Of a stretch of 64,000 nt of DNA, positions 16,018 to 29,010 are shown in pieces (positions within the stretch are counted from its first letter, which is position 1; each line of letters begins with the position of its first letter). The notes beneath the pieces are model-generated. The model saw nothing but the letters and a program-made list of their open reading frames with translations, made no database searches and was not told the DNA's origin. A program made the translations under genes and the position numbers. This stretch comes from Raillietiella orientalis (lineage: Eukaryota): contig JAYWIR010000036.1 of the NCBI GenBank assembly GCA_036172245.1, positions 744,001 through 808,000 on the forward strand. Reading direction: 5' to 3'.

Positions 16018-17625
16018 TCAAATACCGGCTGCGTATTTCACTTCGTCAAAAGCTTTTCTGGCTTTCTTCAACTCCTCGTTCATTGTCAACAAATCTTTCA
16101 GGCGAGCGTACTTCCGGGCGTCTTTACGGACCAAGAAAATTATGTCCTCCACTTGCACCCGGCCGACTCTTCCTATTTCCAGTGCTTTGTTGGTCTACGG
16201 CAAGGAGAATCATAAGGACATTGGTACACCCCAACCCGACACAACCCTCATGCAAAAATCCGCCTTCGATTAAAGATCCAGGTGCGCCTGGATCGGCAGC
16301 TCCCGACAGTACTCCGGGCAAAGCAACTCGCTGCACGAAACCGCTCGGCGCGCAAAAACGGGAACCGTGTACACCACGTGTATACACCACCCACACAACC
16401 ACGCAACACCCGCGATCAGATTCAGGAAGTTTGCCTCGGGTCCTCCCGCGAGCCATCCTCACGCGGTAACTGCCTGCATTTGGGACCCCTCGGCTTTCGT
16501 CCTTCCCACGCTTGCTGCAGGCGCTCAACGGACGCTCTCGGACGGTCAGCGAAAGAGCGAACGGACACACCCGCAATCACACCTGTGCAACGCTGGCCAC
16601 CGAGGCGGCGCATCACAAATACCACGCGGCTCTTTCGTACACCGGCAGTAAAGAGGCAACAGCACCTCAAGGCAGCAGGCGGCACTCGCGGACGAAAGCC
16701 TTGTCTGGCACACCACGAGGGAAAACGAAACAGGCAGAGGAGCAGCCGTCCGCTCCTCCCCACCTATGCAGGCGCTTCCGAAGTGTGCTGCCAAAGCGCG
16801 GGAAGACGCGACACCAAAGCCGGATCCCCAGACGCAACGCACTTCCACGATGTCCCAGACCTCCGCAAGGGACCCAAGACGAACCAAGAATCACCGTTCA
16901 CCAGGCAAAGAGAAGACTTCCGAGAAAGTGGCGTGCAGGAAGAAAAAGGAGGAAAACTGTTACTTGGGTGCATGCACAGGCAGCATCAGGACTGTTTCAA
17001 CAGTCGACAGATGGCATAGGGCGGTCATCGACGCACGTTGCTAGTGAACGAGATTGCGGAAACAGCACAGCAACACCGCGATCCAACCAGTCAAAGTCAC
17101 CTCCCCGATGCTGAAACATCGCGACGCCCTTGAGGAGGAGGAAAAACCTGTCCATGCATTCCGGCATTCAGCTGAGAACTACGCGAAAGCATTCCGTACC
17201 GAAAACCGCAGGTTAGCTGCGAAATGCACCACCCACTGACGAAAAAACGGCTACTCGTGAAAGCATCGCATCCATTGCACACCGCAACACCACACATCCG
17301 AAGCGTCAGCTGCTGCTGATGTGCGTATCTACTAGTGCAGTTTTACGTTCCCTTTCGCACTTTCTGGGCTGCCACAAACACTCCGCACTGTCCAAACGAT
17401 ACTGCACACTTTGATGGTAACCATTCTTCATATACATAAAATACGTACCACTTCCATTATGTATTCGATCACAAGGTCCTCCAGAAAGTCTACACTTTCC
17501 GTGTACGGATTCTGATCATCGCCGAAACCATACATCATGCATCTAAGTTCCTTCGAAAACAGTCTCTTTCGTTTGTCTTCTCCTTGAAAAATCTCAGCTT
17601 CTTGCTCCAGAATATCATCATCGCC
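16018..17625 (-). CDS. TAF13: TFIID subunit 13 (5'-partial). Exons 17625-17449 and 16194-16018; start exon not located
   Basis: GEDKRKRLFSKELRCMMYGFGDDQNPYTESVDFLEDLVIEYIMEV / TNKALEIGRVGRVQVEDIIFLVRKDARKYARLKDLLTMNEELKKARKAFDE. Joined by a 1254-nt phase-0 GT-AG intron. Missed by the ORF track because each exon is 59 codons. Confidence 0.96.
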
Positions 17626-18635
17626 CTAGGAGCAAGTGAAAGTCACTTTAACATTCGAGGAGGAGGCAGTCCACAGCACGAAAGAAAAAGCGAAAACTGA
17701 TCTCCCTTCCTCACCAATGTTTCAACCTTTCCTTTGGCAAACGCAGCCAACCAGTGTGAACGAAGAATGCGCCCAATTCAATCCTCCAGTTCCAAGTAAG
17801 TGGCTATGTCTACGCCTGCTTTGAGGAAATCCGCCCTCGAGATCCCATTTTCGAATCCTACAAATGTTTGCCACAAAAGAACGTGGAAAGGACAAGGAAA
17901 AACATGCTCAGGATGCATTTCAAATGAGAAGAAACATGCAAGGCACAAGCACGCACCATTCTGCAAAACAGAACAGCAGCCAATCTTCCTAGTCTACACC
18001 TCAATTTTGCAATGCCAACTACATCTTTGGTGGTGAACAAGTGCAACCTCTTAAGATTTAAACACATGAATGACTGAAAAATGCCGTCACTTTTTTGAAG
18101 AACAAGCACAGGCAAGAAATGATGAAATGCACAATGATTCACGTTCAACCCATGCCCAGCTGTCAAAAAATTTGGGTTCCCACCACCCACTGCACCCTGA
18201 CATCAGATGCACAAAGTCGTGCCACTTTTGCACTCATGACAACTGCTGCACTCCTCTGCCTTCAAACCCTGATACAACTCTGCAAAGAAGCACTTTCTAA
18301 CTGCAAATAACGTTTTTCCCTTTCCTCTGACTGCATCTTTGTTGTACACAAAATAAAAATCCAAACAAGCAACAACTCTACTAATATTAGAACCTGGTTT
18401 CACTCTCTATCAGACCTTTCATCATTTACTATTTGCAAAAACCAACCAATCATATACTCTGGTCTTCCCACTTGTTCCTTCCCAAACTATTCACCACAAA
18501 TCCAGGGTGCACTCCAGCTAGGGAACACACACATTGAATTTTTAGGCACTCAATGAAATTATTAAAGCAGAACACTCCTTTTTAGCCAAGCACTTTTGCA
18601 TGCCATTTTCCAAGGGAATTTCTGCTCTTTACTGG

Positions 18636-18670
18636 CACAACCAGCAGCTTCAATGAAACTGCTGGTTGTG
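18636..18670. repeat. Near-perfect palindrome
   Basis: CACAACCAGCAG-cttcaatgaaa-CTGCTGGTTGTG, a 12-bp perfect outer stem. Confidence 0.85.
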
Positions 18671-20107
18671 TGAGTTCCTGTGTTTCATGCTACACTTTTC
18701 TTTAAGTGGAAAAAACTTGATGATCATACACTTGCTATATTTGCTTTTGGAAGTAAACAACGATTAGTCTTTCTGACCTCATTTTGATGACACATGATAA
18801 CATAATTCAGCTCTCATAATTGAAATACATAGCAAAGTTTACTGAAACATAAATTCCAGTCTTCGGAAATTTACCAATCAGATTCAATTCCCTACATCAC
18901 CAAATACCACTCTTCAAAGATTGTCAAACAGATCCTCCATACTTTGGTTAGAAACCACTCCACCTTCATCCTCAGGAATGAGGCTCACCTGCTGTTACCA
19001 CAAGGAAACGCTCTTATCCTAATTCCAGTTGTCATTCAACAAGCCAATTCTACAATCACATTCTGAAAACTTGTTCCAATCAACCCCTATCGATCGATTC
19101 ACATGGCTGCATCATATATATAAGGCATTGCATCTTGCAAATCAAACCCATACACACATACAGGGCAGGCAACTCCGGCAAATGCCATTTTGTTTCATCT
19201 TCAAGAGCAGCATGAAAACCACAATTGAACACTCAATGAATCACAACAAAGCTTCTAGTTCATCAATCCCATTCTAAAATCTGATCAATCCATTAATTCA
19301 GTTTCCAGTGAAACATCTCAAGAACTAGGATACCTATGCTATGGACCTGTCACCAGCAATCAAACCAACCTGACAAAGCATGTCTTCCACCACACAAGTG
19401 GAAAATTCTCGGGAGGGCTGGCTCATTCATGTACAATCTACTGATGACACTAACCAAATGCAGGGCAAGACTACCATAAACAACAAAGAGGAGAGTAATT
19501 TTCCAATTATTCCAAAGAGGAAAAAGACACCTCAGGGCAATCAAGATGGATTCTGCTCATGGATTAAAAACAACCACCAAGTTGATAGCTTAGCCACCCA
19601 CACAACCAAGCATGCGCTAGCATCCCTTCAGGGGGTCCCGCGCGTGAACGAAAACATGCAAAAGGTCTCCTAATCTCCAGAAATAGTTACATGAGAAAGT
19701 GCTAAAACATCCTTATTTTAAGAAAAGATATGGGCAAGCAGCATCGAATACCACAATCCTAAAGGATATTGCCAGATAAAAAGCACAATCACGACCCAAA
19801 ACTTTCTTGAGGGATGCTGTGTGGCATCTACAGAAAATTCGGCGTGAAAAACACGACCCATAAGACACCAGAACATCGAAATACTTTCAAGTGGTCCCCG
19901 ACTGCGTATCCCACCAATTTACCTGATCGAAACTATCATCTGCAAGGTAAGTGGCCATTGGCAACCAAGGAGACTCAAGTCAATTTATCCACTCGACGCT
20001 AAGAAATACGCACGACACTTTGCAATTTCATTTTTTCCCGACACTGCTCAACACGCTGGAAACTAACCACTGCAGAAGCTACCTGCAGAAGCCGAACACA
20101 ACACAGT

Positions 20108-20280
20108 CAGGGTTGCCAACAGCAATAAATGAAACCTTGCTAAACGGCCTTAGAAAACCCGTGATTTTCCAAAAAAAAATCCCCAAATTTTAATGCCTAG
20201 GAATTTATGATTATTACTATTATCAAAACATTTGATGTCAGTTAATCTTGAGATTCAATAGTACAAAAATACAATACAAA
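20108..20280 (+). mobile_element. Possible single end of a hAT-like DNA transposon/MITE
   Basis: Starts CAGGGTTGCCA (hAT-type terminus) followed by AT-rich sequence. No partner TIR found in the window. Confidence 0.3.
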
Positions 20281-20292
20281 CTAACACTTAAT

Positions 20293-20810
20293 TCTCGATC
20301 CAAGGTAGTGGTCCCAGGGCCATTTGCAAACGCTTCTCCGCTCGTGCTGCGCTGCCGCCAGCCGCTTCCCTTGCATTGGTCTGATATTTTTGCAGGATTC
20401 TGGAGGAGTGGAATGGCAGAAAAAGAGGCCTAAATAAAGAGGACTATATCCACTGGGCCACAATCTTGAAGACCGCATCGAGATGGCTCCATCCGAGGGA
20501 GATACGGACAGAACTAGCAATCATGCCAAACAGGATACTGAGGACGCCTCCCAGAGCCTCCCGGTCCCCAGCTTTGGAGAGGGCCTTCCCTCTCCAAAGC
20601 AGAACTTTTCCTCTGGTTTTTCTCTTTTTTTGTTTATTTTTTTTCTTTCCGGTTTTCCCTTGCCCGTCTCTGAGGTCGGCTTCCACCTCGCCGGTCTATG
20701 TTCCCGTCACGCCTAATTCCGTACACGGTGAAGCCAAGTGTTTCACCAATCCTGAATATTTTTACTAGTATTTTATTATCATTTTGCGTAATAATAGTAA
20801 ATGCAAAACC
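20293..20810 (+). mobile_element. LINE lineage B copy 1 (5'-truncated 3' end)
   Basis: Translates to ..IHWATILKTASRWLHPREIRTELAIMPNRILRT, homologous to the C-terminus of ORF 45847-47040. Followed by a pyrimidine tract and hairpin GGTGAAG-CCAAGTG-TTTCACC (20727-20747). Confidence 0.8.
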
Positions 20811-20812
20811 AA

Positions 20813-23800
20813 TTAGGAAAGTTCTGTAGCATCTGCCGTTGTCGCCGCCTTCAAGACGATGGTCCTGCTTCCGTCTCCCTTTTCTCGATCCTCTCCCTTT
20901 TCCCCTGCTTCAGATCTCTTCAGTACGACGAGACGGGTCTGTTCCACGATTCCATTCCGCACTCCAGTTGTAACTTTCTTTGCATTGTCACTTTCCCCGT
21001 CAGAACACAAAAACTGCCGCGGCAGCGCTGTCTAGGCAGGGTATTGGGCAAAGTTTTCAACTAGCAATCATTACGCCTTAGCTTCCCTGCTTTCTCGAAT
21101 TCGACTCGCGATAGGGTAAATTTATGAACACACTCATGCATACCACCAATACACAAGCAGAAACAGAGCTGAATCACTGTTACGGCCTTCACGGGTACAA
21201 CAAGACACCGTCCTGGCAACCCTTCACCAAGCTCACCTTTCTGAGGCAATGCAGGAGAGACCAAGATGAAACTCTTCCGCACACCCGGATATTTATTTCC
21301 CTTTTCAGGAGTCCTGTTAGGATGTCCCGGGAATTCGAGATATGTCCTTGGGTAAGTTTTGCTTTTCTGATGAGGATGCTCCTCAGGAAGAAGGCGACGA
21401 ACAACCGCACGGTAGGACTGTATCGCGAAACGCCGTCTCCGCCTTCGAAAAGTCTTCGCAGGATTTTAAACGTTAACGCGTCCTCCATCTATACTGCCCG
21501 CCTCACTACTCTCCAATCCCGGACGAGGGTTCGGCAAGTGTAAATGTGCAGGTCGTCTTCTATCGACCCTCACTCGGGACACCGATCGTCGTCGCGGTTC
21601 CTTGTCTAGTGCTGGAACCTCGTGCCGCACTGGATGCCTCCGCAGTAGAGCATCGGGAGACCATCCTGGATGTGTGGCGGCAAGAAGGATCTACATAGGA
21701 CCGTACCGATCACCTGTGGGTAGAGGACAACGTTGCCCAGACTGCATCTCATCCTGTCGTCTTGCACTTGTCGTGCATGGATTACCACTCTCGTTGATTG
21801 TCTCTCGCATTCTTCCATGGTCATTTTCTTCTCTTCACTGACACATGCTGCTGTATCCCAAGAGACGCTGATAAACAGCGGGATCACCTTGATGAGTTCT
21901 TTGATTCACAGCACCTTGCTCTTCGGCACAATCTTCAACTTTAAGTTCCAAGGAGACGCTGGATTCCTGTCCACGTTGGATCTACTTTGTTCCAGTCGTC
22001 CGCGGTGAAGGCCATGGAGGACATGATGCCGTCAGTTCCGCGTAAGAATCTTGCGAAGGCGCGAGGGAACGCGAACGGCCACTCATCCCATGCGCTGACG
22101 ATCCGGACCAGGTTTCTGAGGGCCTGGAGCTACACGGTGTTAGCGATATCTCGCATGCCGGTAATTCCTTCCGTGTGCAGGCGACAAAGGTACTTCAACT
22201 GGGTCTTCTGCCGCTCCAGACAAGATTCCTCTGGATATCGGCTAGTTCTTTTGCCGTTCTTGAGAAAATCGTCAGGAACGACTCGGCGAAGAGAAACTTC
22301 TGTGCCATCACCTCGTTCCAGAGGTTGGCCTTGTCCTTTTGCGAGGAGTTCCGATGTATTGGCTGAATTCTTCGCGCAGCTTGGCCAGGATGGCCGACCA
22401 TTGCTGCAGCTCCAGGGATGGTGTTTCGTCGCCGATGCGTACCCCGAGGTACTTAACGTTGTCCGCAATCCGAAAGCCATGGGTGTGGAGGACGGTGACG
22501 TCTGGTATTCCCACGGCTAGCAGGTGGGATTTGTTAGGGTTCACCTTGAGTCCGTGGCCGTATTCCATAGCTTGAAGGATGTCCAGGAACACAGTCTGAT
22601 CCTGCTTGTCCGACATGACGAAAAGCAAGTCGTCGGCATAGACCAGGTACGTGATGTTGACTTCTTCTCCCAGGTTGATACCTTTGAGCCTGCTCTCTCG
22701 GTGAACGAAGGAGCTTACTGCCTCCATGTACAGAACAAAGAGCATGGGTCTCAAGGCGTCTCCCTGGCAGACTCTTCTCCCCCATTTGGATGTTCTGCGA
22801 AGTAAGCCCGTTGACGTCGATCGTAAAGTTGACCTCCTCCAAGGTGTGTGCCGCGTACTGGACGAATCTCCCTTTGAAGCCCAACTTCCCCGGAATCTTC
22901 AGCATAATGGCGTAATCCATCGCGTCGAAGGCCTTCTCAATGTCGGTGAGAACCCAGCACCAGGTCATCGCCCAGGATGCACTTGTATTCCAGGAGTGCC
23001 AGGGAGCAATTCAGGTTATCCCACATGCGTCTGCCTGGCATAGCACACGTCTGAGTAGGAGAAACCACCGACTTCAGAGATTTGTTCAGCCGATTGGCCC
23101 AGAGTTTTGACATCCACTTCGCGTTGAGTTCCAGATGAAGATGGACCTTCACTGGGTGAAGTTGCGGTGGTTCCCGCCACTCTTGGGAAGCAGCCTCATC
23201 CTGTTTCGGTGGAAGGAGGCGGACAGTCGTTCTTCTCTGCGGATGCAGTCTAGCAGCTGACGGAAAAGGTGCACCTAGGAAGACAGGTGCCTCTTGTACT
23301 GCGTGACGGGCACGCTTTTGGGACCCGCCGCCACGTTCTTGCGCAGTCCATCGAACGTCACTTTGACCTCGCCGTCTGTGAAGTCCTGATCCAAGTCGTG
23401 TAGTTCTTGGGAGGCCAGGCTCTTCACTTTGCGGAGAATCCGCTCCTGGCCTCCGGGGTCCAGATTCCTTCTTCTGAACAGTTCGGAGTAGTTCTGGAAG
23501 GCATCCAGTACTTGCTCCGAGCTTCGACAGTCCTTGTCCTGGTAACGGACGTGGAAGATGTCCGTCATGAGGTTTCGTTTCTCCAGCCGTCCGATTTCTT
23601 TCTTGACGCTCCTGTCGAGGAAGCGCCTCTGGTATTCTTCCCAGTACACAGAGTGGAAGAAGTGGAGTTGGTGGATTTCCCTGTACTCTTCCTCGCGGAG
23701 GTCCGGGTCACCGTATTGGAGGTTCGAGAAGGGATGCACGATGTGTTTAAAGGTGCCCCAGTCGTCCTCGCGCAGGATGTCGGTCATGGCCAAGCTGGTC

Positions 23801-26100
23801 TCCACGATGCGCTAGTACGGGGGGAAACGCTCGTACCACTCTGGCATGCAAATGAGCGCCTCCCGGGGCATTGCGTTTTCCTTCCTAAGATTCCTCGACG
23901 TCATTTTCAATGGAAGCAGAAGATGGTCCCAGATTCCAGTGTTGAGTTTTAGGATCCCCTGGATGCGATCAAGGAGAACCTCTGAATGCATGACGTGGTC
24001 GATGCGGGTCATGTTCCCCCCCTGCACAGGAGGGCGAGTTCGTCCTCCTTGTGCCGGTAGTTGGTGTCGGTGCCCGTCTCGTCGTGGCGAATGCCGTCCA
24101 GGAGTTGAAGTCGTCCGCTATCACGTTGACTTCGGAGTGACCTTGCTCTTCACCAACTCCACGAGGGCATTCGCGAAGGGTTTCTCGTTGAGCAGTGGTC
24201 CGTACACGTTCACCACGAAAAGATGTACGCTTCCGGACCACGCCATCCTCAGTCCCAAAACGCGACCTGCTCATCCGTGGAATATTTCCAGGACGGTTGA
24301 CGCTAGGGTCTGGTTCACAAGGATGGCGACGTCCTTGCGATTTCTCGAACCCTGGTTGACATGGATGTTCACTTGCAGATCCCTCGCAAGTTCTTCGCAA
24401 GTTTCCGGCGTCATGAAATTCATTTCCTGCAGGAAGCCGAGCAAGAGAGCCACTTCATTTACCTCCTTTTTGTCGGGTTCGCGCATTCGTTGATGTTCCA
24501 GGATGAGAACCCGATCTTTCGGATTGACGAAAGGGACTGAGCCATTTACGGACAGCTGGGTCGCTCGAGTTGATTCTTCTCTTTTTCTTGACAGCGGCGC
24601 CCTGATTTTCTGGGCGCGCATGTCCCTTCTGTTTTGGCTCCTTGTGTGTTGTACGGCTGCTATTTTCTCGTCAGGAATATCCTCTTCCGAGGTGTAGCAG
24701 CTCGTCGCTCTCTCTTCCCCTTCCGGGACTGCGGACGCCTCGGTGCTGTTCGGCTCCGCCGCCGGCAAACGTTCCTCTCTCTTTTTCTGGTCTGGAAGGA
24801 GGAGTGAAGTGAGGCTGATTCTCACGTACATCTGGTCTTCCAGATGATCGCCTCTTCCCTAAGGTGTTCCAGCAGATCTTTCGGCTGCTGGAATACCTGT
24901 CCCTTCTGCTCCTCATTAGGGATCTCTCTAATTGCGGAGTCCAGGCCATCGATTTTCGCCTGCAGCTCTTCGATCTCAGATTTCTGACCGATCTCCTTCG
25001 CGGAGGTCGTGGTGGCGGGTACTGTCTTGGCTGCGGGCTCTCCCTCAGTCGCGGTCTTCTCTCCCTTTGCGGGAGGTGTCTGTTCCAGGGATGGTTGGGT
25101 TTGCACCTCCACCTGTGTTCCGGCAGAGTGCAATGGACAAATCCAGACGAACAGTGATTTCTTCCGTGCCTAACCCTCCCCCTTTTAATTCCTGTTTTTT
25201 GTTTGTATTTGTTTGGCTTGCCTTCCTCATTGCCGTTGTAGAGGAACACACAGGTCTACGAACCAGTTTCCGGCAAGTCAACCGGAATAAGTAGAACCAA
25301 GTGTTCTACCATGATATCAATATCATTAACGACATTATTGAAAAAATTATTGTAGAAAAATCTTAATAATAAATGCACCAGCCAACCCGGGTGACAAATC
25401 TCGGAAAGGGCCAAGAATTCTCGACCCAACAGCAAATGCATCCCACCGCAATTCGGAACGGGATAAACTGGCAAGTCTCAGGGCTGCTGGATTCCTGCGG
25501 CGCGGTTGCTCTACTTGGCTCGCGTTGCTGGGTCGGAAGTCGCCTTCTTTTCTGACTTGGTAGCCAGGGGCGGGGAGGGCTCAGAAGGAGCAGCGGTCCT
25601 CGTGCAACCGTGCTGCTGCTGCTTAGTCAATTCGCGGGGACGGCGTCGGTCGGGGCTTTGCAGAGCACGACAGCGGTGCCACTATTCTCGACGGCGAAAG
25701 CTGCATCCTTTTGCTGGACCATGCGCGCCGCTGGAAGCGCGATCGGTCGCGCGCGGCTTCGCGGGCGAAAACGGCTTTCAACTCCGCTCCATTGCGGCAC
25801 TTTAGGGTTGCGCGTCTTCCAATTTCTTCGCTGCGTCTTTCCCGCGTGCGAGTTTTGGGGCTGCGTTTTTCCGTGCAAGTGCCGGCCGCTTCGGCAGATC
25901 GTGTGCTCCTTCCTCTCCATGTGGTCTTGTAGCCGAAAGGCACGCTTTCCGAAGATACCTCTCCTGGCAAGATTTTTTGCGCGCTGGACGCTTGCCTGCG
26001 TCCCAAAGGTGGACGACCGCGTCTTGCACGCGTAGCTTCGCAGGCAGTTGTGGGCGGTAGGAGCACGGGGAGTCGAACCGCGGACACTGCGCTGTGGATG
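20813..26100 (-). mobile_element. L1/Tx1-like non-LTR retrotransposon, lineage A copy 1, near full length but frameshifted
   Basis: In order: ORF1-like coiled-coil/CCHC remnant (24.8-25.9 kb); APE endonuclease (GFLQE, DDFN, RIDHV, WDH; 23.9-24.5 kb); RT (QTCAMPGR, DIEKAFD, LFVLYME, YADDL, YLGVRI; 22.3-23.3 kb); C-terminal region to 20813. The 5' boundary is approximate. Confidence 0.9.
25122..25398 (+). mobile_element. LINE lineage B copy 2, short 3' fragment nested antisense in lineage A ORF1
   Basis: RVQWTNPDEQ* (compare RMQRTNPGAQ*), pyrimidine tract, hairpin GTAGAAC-CAAGT-GTTCTAC (25291-25309), AATAAA 25368-25373, end CCCGGGTGACAAA. Confidence 0.85.
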
Positions 26101-26334
26101 GACGGACAGCCCTTGAGGTGTTCCGCCTCCCCCGACAGCGCGTCACGAATTTGTGACGAATTTCGCCATCGTGTTCGGATATTTCCGGTGCGAAACCTCC
26201 ACCACGAGCGACTCATCCAGAAGTATCCTTCTGTTTGGAATTCGTAAGTTTCCTTCATAGAAGTACAAGCAAACCTGTATATTTCATGTGCCACGAATGC
26301 CCATTTGCAGCTATCAGACACATCAGCTGTGGAG

Positions 26335-26379
26335 AAGCAGTTTACCGCTAAACACAAAGTGTTTAGCGGTAAACTGCTT
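26335..26379. repeat. Perfect 21-bp inverted repeat with 3-nt loop
   Basis: AAGCAGTTTACCGCTAAACAC-AAA-GTGTTTAGCGGTAAACTGCTT. Confidence 0.95.
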
Positions 26380-27900
26380 AGTGAAGAAAGGAGTGAAGAA
26401 AAGTGAAGAAATATCACAGCTCGAAGTTTGCAGCAAACTTTTCATCTCTTACAGAAGCTGGAAAACCCTGTGGGTACGGCTGTTGTTGGAATCTGGGTCG
26501 ATCCAGGAGGAGAAGTGATTGCAGGAAAGGGAGGAGATTATGAAGAATGAAAAAAAATTCGCCACTGTTGGTAGGATCTCGGAAGGGCGGTCAGCGTGCT
26601 GCACAAAGTTTAGTGGAAGGACTGACCCAAGTTTAGTGGGAGCCAAGGCACTGTGCATAAAATGTCTTCCCACTTCCGTTCGATGTTAGGTGGGGCTACT
26701 TGCAAGCTCGAAGAGCCGTGGCATTCGCAGTCACCAGGGCTGTGGCCTACCAAGCAGATGACAAGAACATCAAGAATGAAAAAGTAATTCCCTATGCCTT
26801 CCTTCCTGTCTTCTCCCAGGAGTATCAGGATCGCTTCCCAGAAATTGAATGACATTTGGAACCAGAAGAAGAGAACTGGGATCACGCGCACCATCGAGCG
26901 TGAGGGCATCATGTGTCTACAAGAGGCCCACGAACATCCTCAAAGGACTCGTGAAGAAGGAAATAAGGATCAGGAATCGTGGACGCATTCAGGACTTATC
27001 GTTACATCCTGCAAAGGACTGAGGAACTTACCGAAATGAGTGGAACCTCCACAAGGACTCATTGATCTTATTTCCTGAGCGTAACGAGCAAGTGACACTT
27101 TGTGACACTTAAAAGCGTCAGTAAAAGTGAAAGCGATTGATAGACTGTTGTACTGTTAACTGCTGTAATAATATTCTAACCTAACGTCATACAATAAATC
27201 CACCTCTTAGCGAGTCGGACTGGGATAACTGTGGCCTACCTCTCTTTCCATAGCTTTTCACGCCTCATGATTGCTGCCAGGATGCCGCATAGTTAGCAGC
27301 AGGCTACATCTACTTTCTCTGGAGTGGAGAATCTTTAGGGAAGAAACAAGCGCCTTGCAAGGTCTACAGAAATGTCGTTTGGATGTGAGCGGGCTGCCCA
27401 TCCTGACAGAAGCGCACCACACTGCAGCAAGAGGCGCGAGATCGTGTCGATCACACCTCAACTTAGACAGTCCATTCAGGAACTCATCACACACGGCTCC
27501 ACCGACGACGTCGTTGATAACACGGAGGTTCTCTCTTCAAAAACAGATGTTGTGTGATGGGGTGTGAGAGGAAGTAGGGAGCTGACCAAGATTGGAAGGA
27601 CCTCCCGTTCTACTAATGGAAACCCCTCAATGGTCTGCGCAATGTCCTAATCACACACGTTCGAGTTGGACGTGGAGTCTCCTAGCTGCCGTCCGCCAGG
27701 GATCTTCTCCGAGTCTGATCGCTAATGCAATCCTTGTCATTCGAGATGGGGCAAAACTCTTCTGGTCCGCTGTCTAGAAGCCGACCCCAGGTATCTATTA
27801 CTTTCGGCAGTCACATGTTATTTCGTGGCAGTGCAGGGGTATGTAACTATGTTGCTTCATGATGGAGACCAGCCGTCGTACCACAGCAGTTGTGCAATCG

Positions 27901-28450
27901 TTGCCACCCGGATATGCCAAGACGTTTATTCAAGTCATTAACAGAACGTGGTACAAGGCCCCACTAACTGCCAACACAACGCCGGACCTGCCGGGACGCC
28001 GGTTCGCAGACCAGAGTGACTCTCCTCGGCAGTGGACGGGGATGGGGGAAAAAACAAAAAGACAAATAAAACATAAAGGAAAAAAAAAGAATTGTTTGGA
28101 GGGCCGGAAAGAAATCACTGCTCACTGGGAGGTGGGTCCATCCTTCGCAGGATGCCGTCGAGGTCCTTCTGCAGCTCCAATTGTCTTGGTGTCCCGATTC
28201 CGAGACCGACGTCTCCACGTGGAGAGAAAATGTCCTTTGACCGAGCTTCCCCCACTGGAGTCCTAAGAGTTCTTCCGTAATAGAACAGCGGCCCCTTGCT
28301 TCGTCGTAAAGAAACAAAAAAACAATGGTGTTTAATGCTGCAGTCCATCCAGACACAGAGAACTTGTAGCCCACGAGAGGGCGATCGTCTCCTCTGCATT
28401 CCGTAGACAGCTGGATAAACGAGTCCTGTCCTCCAGAAGTGGCCCAAAGT
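27901..28450 (-). mobile_element. LINE lineage B copy 3 (3' end, possibly two tandem fragments)
   Basis: ..KDLDGILRRMDPPPSEQ* (stop at 28115), pyrimidine tract, GGTCTGCGAACCGG hairpin, end AATAAACGTCTTGGCATATCCGGGTGGCAA. Confidence 0.8.
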
Positions 28451-28469
28451 AGTAGATTCAGTTAGTTTT

Positions 28470-29010
28470 TCATTGTCAGCACAGAAGACGCGGAGGGTGG
28501 GAAGAGACGACAGGCCACATCACCAGCAGACTCGTCAGCCATGGTCGGTAGGCATGTGGGCAGGAGCGGCCCAGGTCAAAGAGTCCTACTCCGACACTCC
28601 GGAAGTTGACGTCAGTTCAGGCGACGCAGACCCGGACCGAATCCCAACCCAGACGCAGAGCTCCAGGGTGAAGTCACGCTGGACAACTCTGGCCCTTGCA
28701 AGTGCGGGAGTCGAATGGCGACGGAAGGCCGAGCTAGCTACAGGGACTGACTGGTCGCTTTGCCTCCGAAGAGGTGTCCGCGACCGCAAGAGCTATCTTC
28801 TCACGATCTCCGCGGTCCTGGCATCCAAGAGACGACGATGCCTCGGAAGAGCGGAGAGTTCCTCAGAAGCAAAGAGATGCTGTGCTCTTTCGAGCGTCCA
28901 GTATTCCCAGGATGTCCAGCATTCCGGAACGCAAAGGACGGGCCATCGCCCGGAAAGGAAGTCTTCGAAACGCAGCAAGAGTTGCGTGCAACAGCAAGGA
29001 GAGGAGGACG
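28470..29010 (-). mobile_element. Possible decayed APE endonuclease fragment of a LINE
   Basis: Fragments LDILGILD, VVQRDFT and PTDHG in the order expected for DILxxQE / GDFN / SDH. Degenerate. Confidence 0.3.

Noticed and set aside
15100..17300. Many overlapping 100-245 aa ORFs in GC-rich sequence (also at 42-44 kb and 54-63 kb)
   Set aside because: Expected from high GC and low stop density. Those at 16.2-17.3 kb lie within the TAF13 intron and show no protein motifs.
18989..19062. 74-nt exon-like segment (TTTTCAG..CAG|GTGAG) as the missing TAF13 exon
   Set aside because: The phase would fit, but it contains in-frame TAG and TAA.
19761..19769. U12-type donor ATATCCTTT on the minus strand (also GTATCCTTT at 29828 on the plus strand)
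   Set aside because: No open upstream exon or matching branch site/acceptor; such 9-mers are expected by chance at this length.
21283..21298. AATAAATATCCGGGTG (minus strand) resembling the lineage B terminus
   Set aside because: It lies in frame inside the lineage A ORF with no other module parts, so it is likely coincidental.
26055..26135. tRNA-like GGTTCGACTCC near the 5' end of lineage A (minus strand)
   Set aside because: Only a B-box/T-loop resemblance; the D and anticodon arms do not fold.
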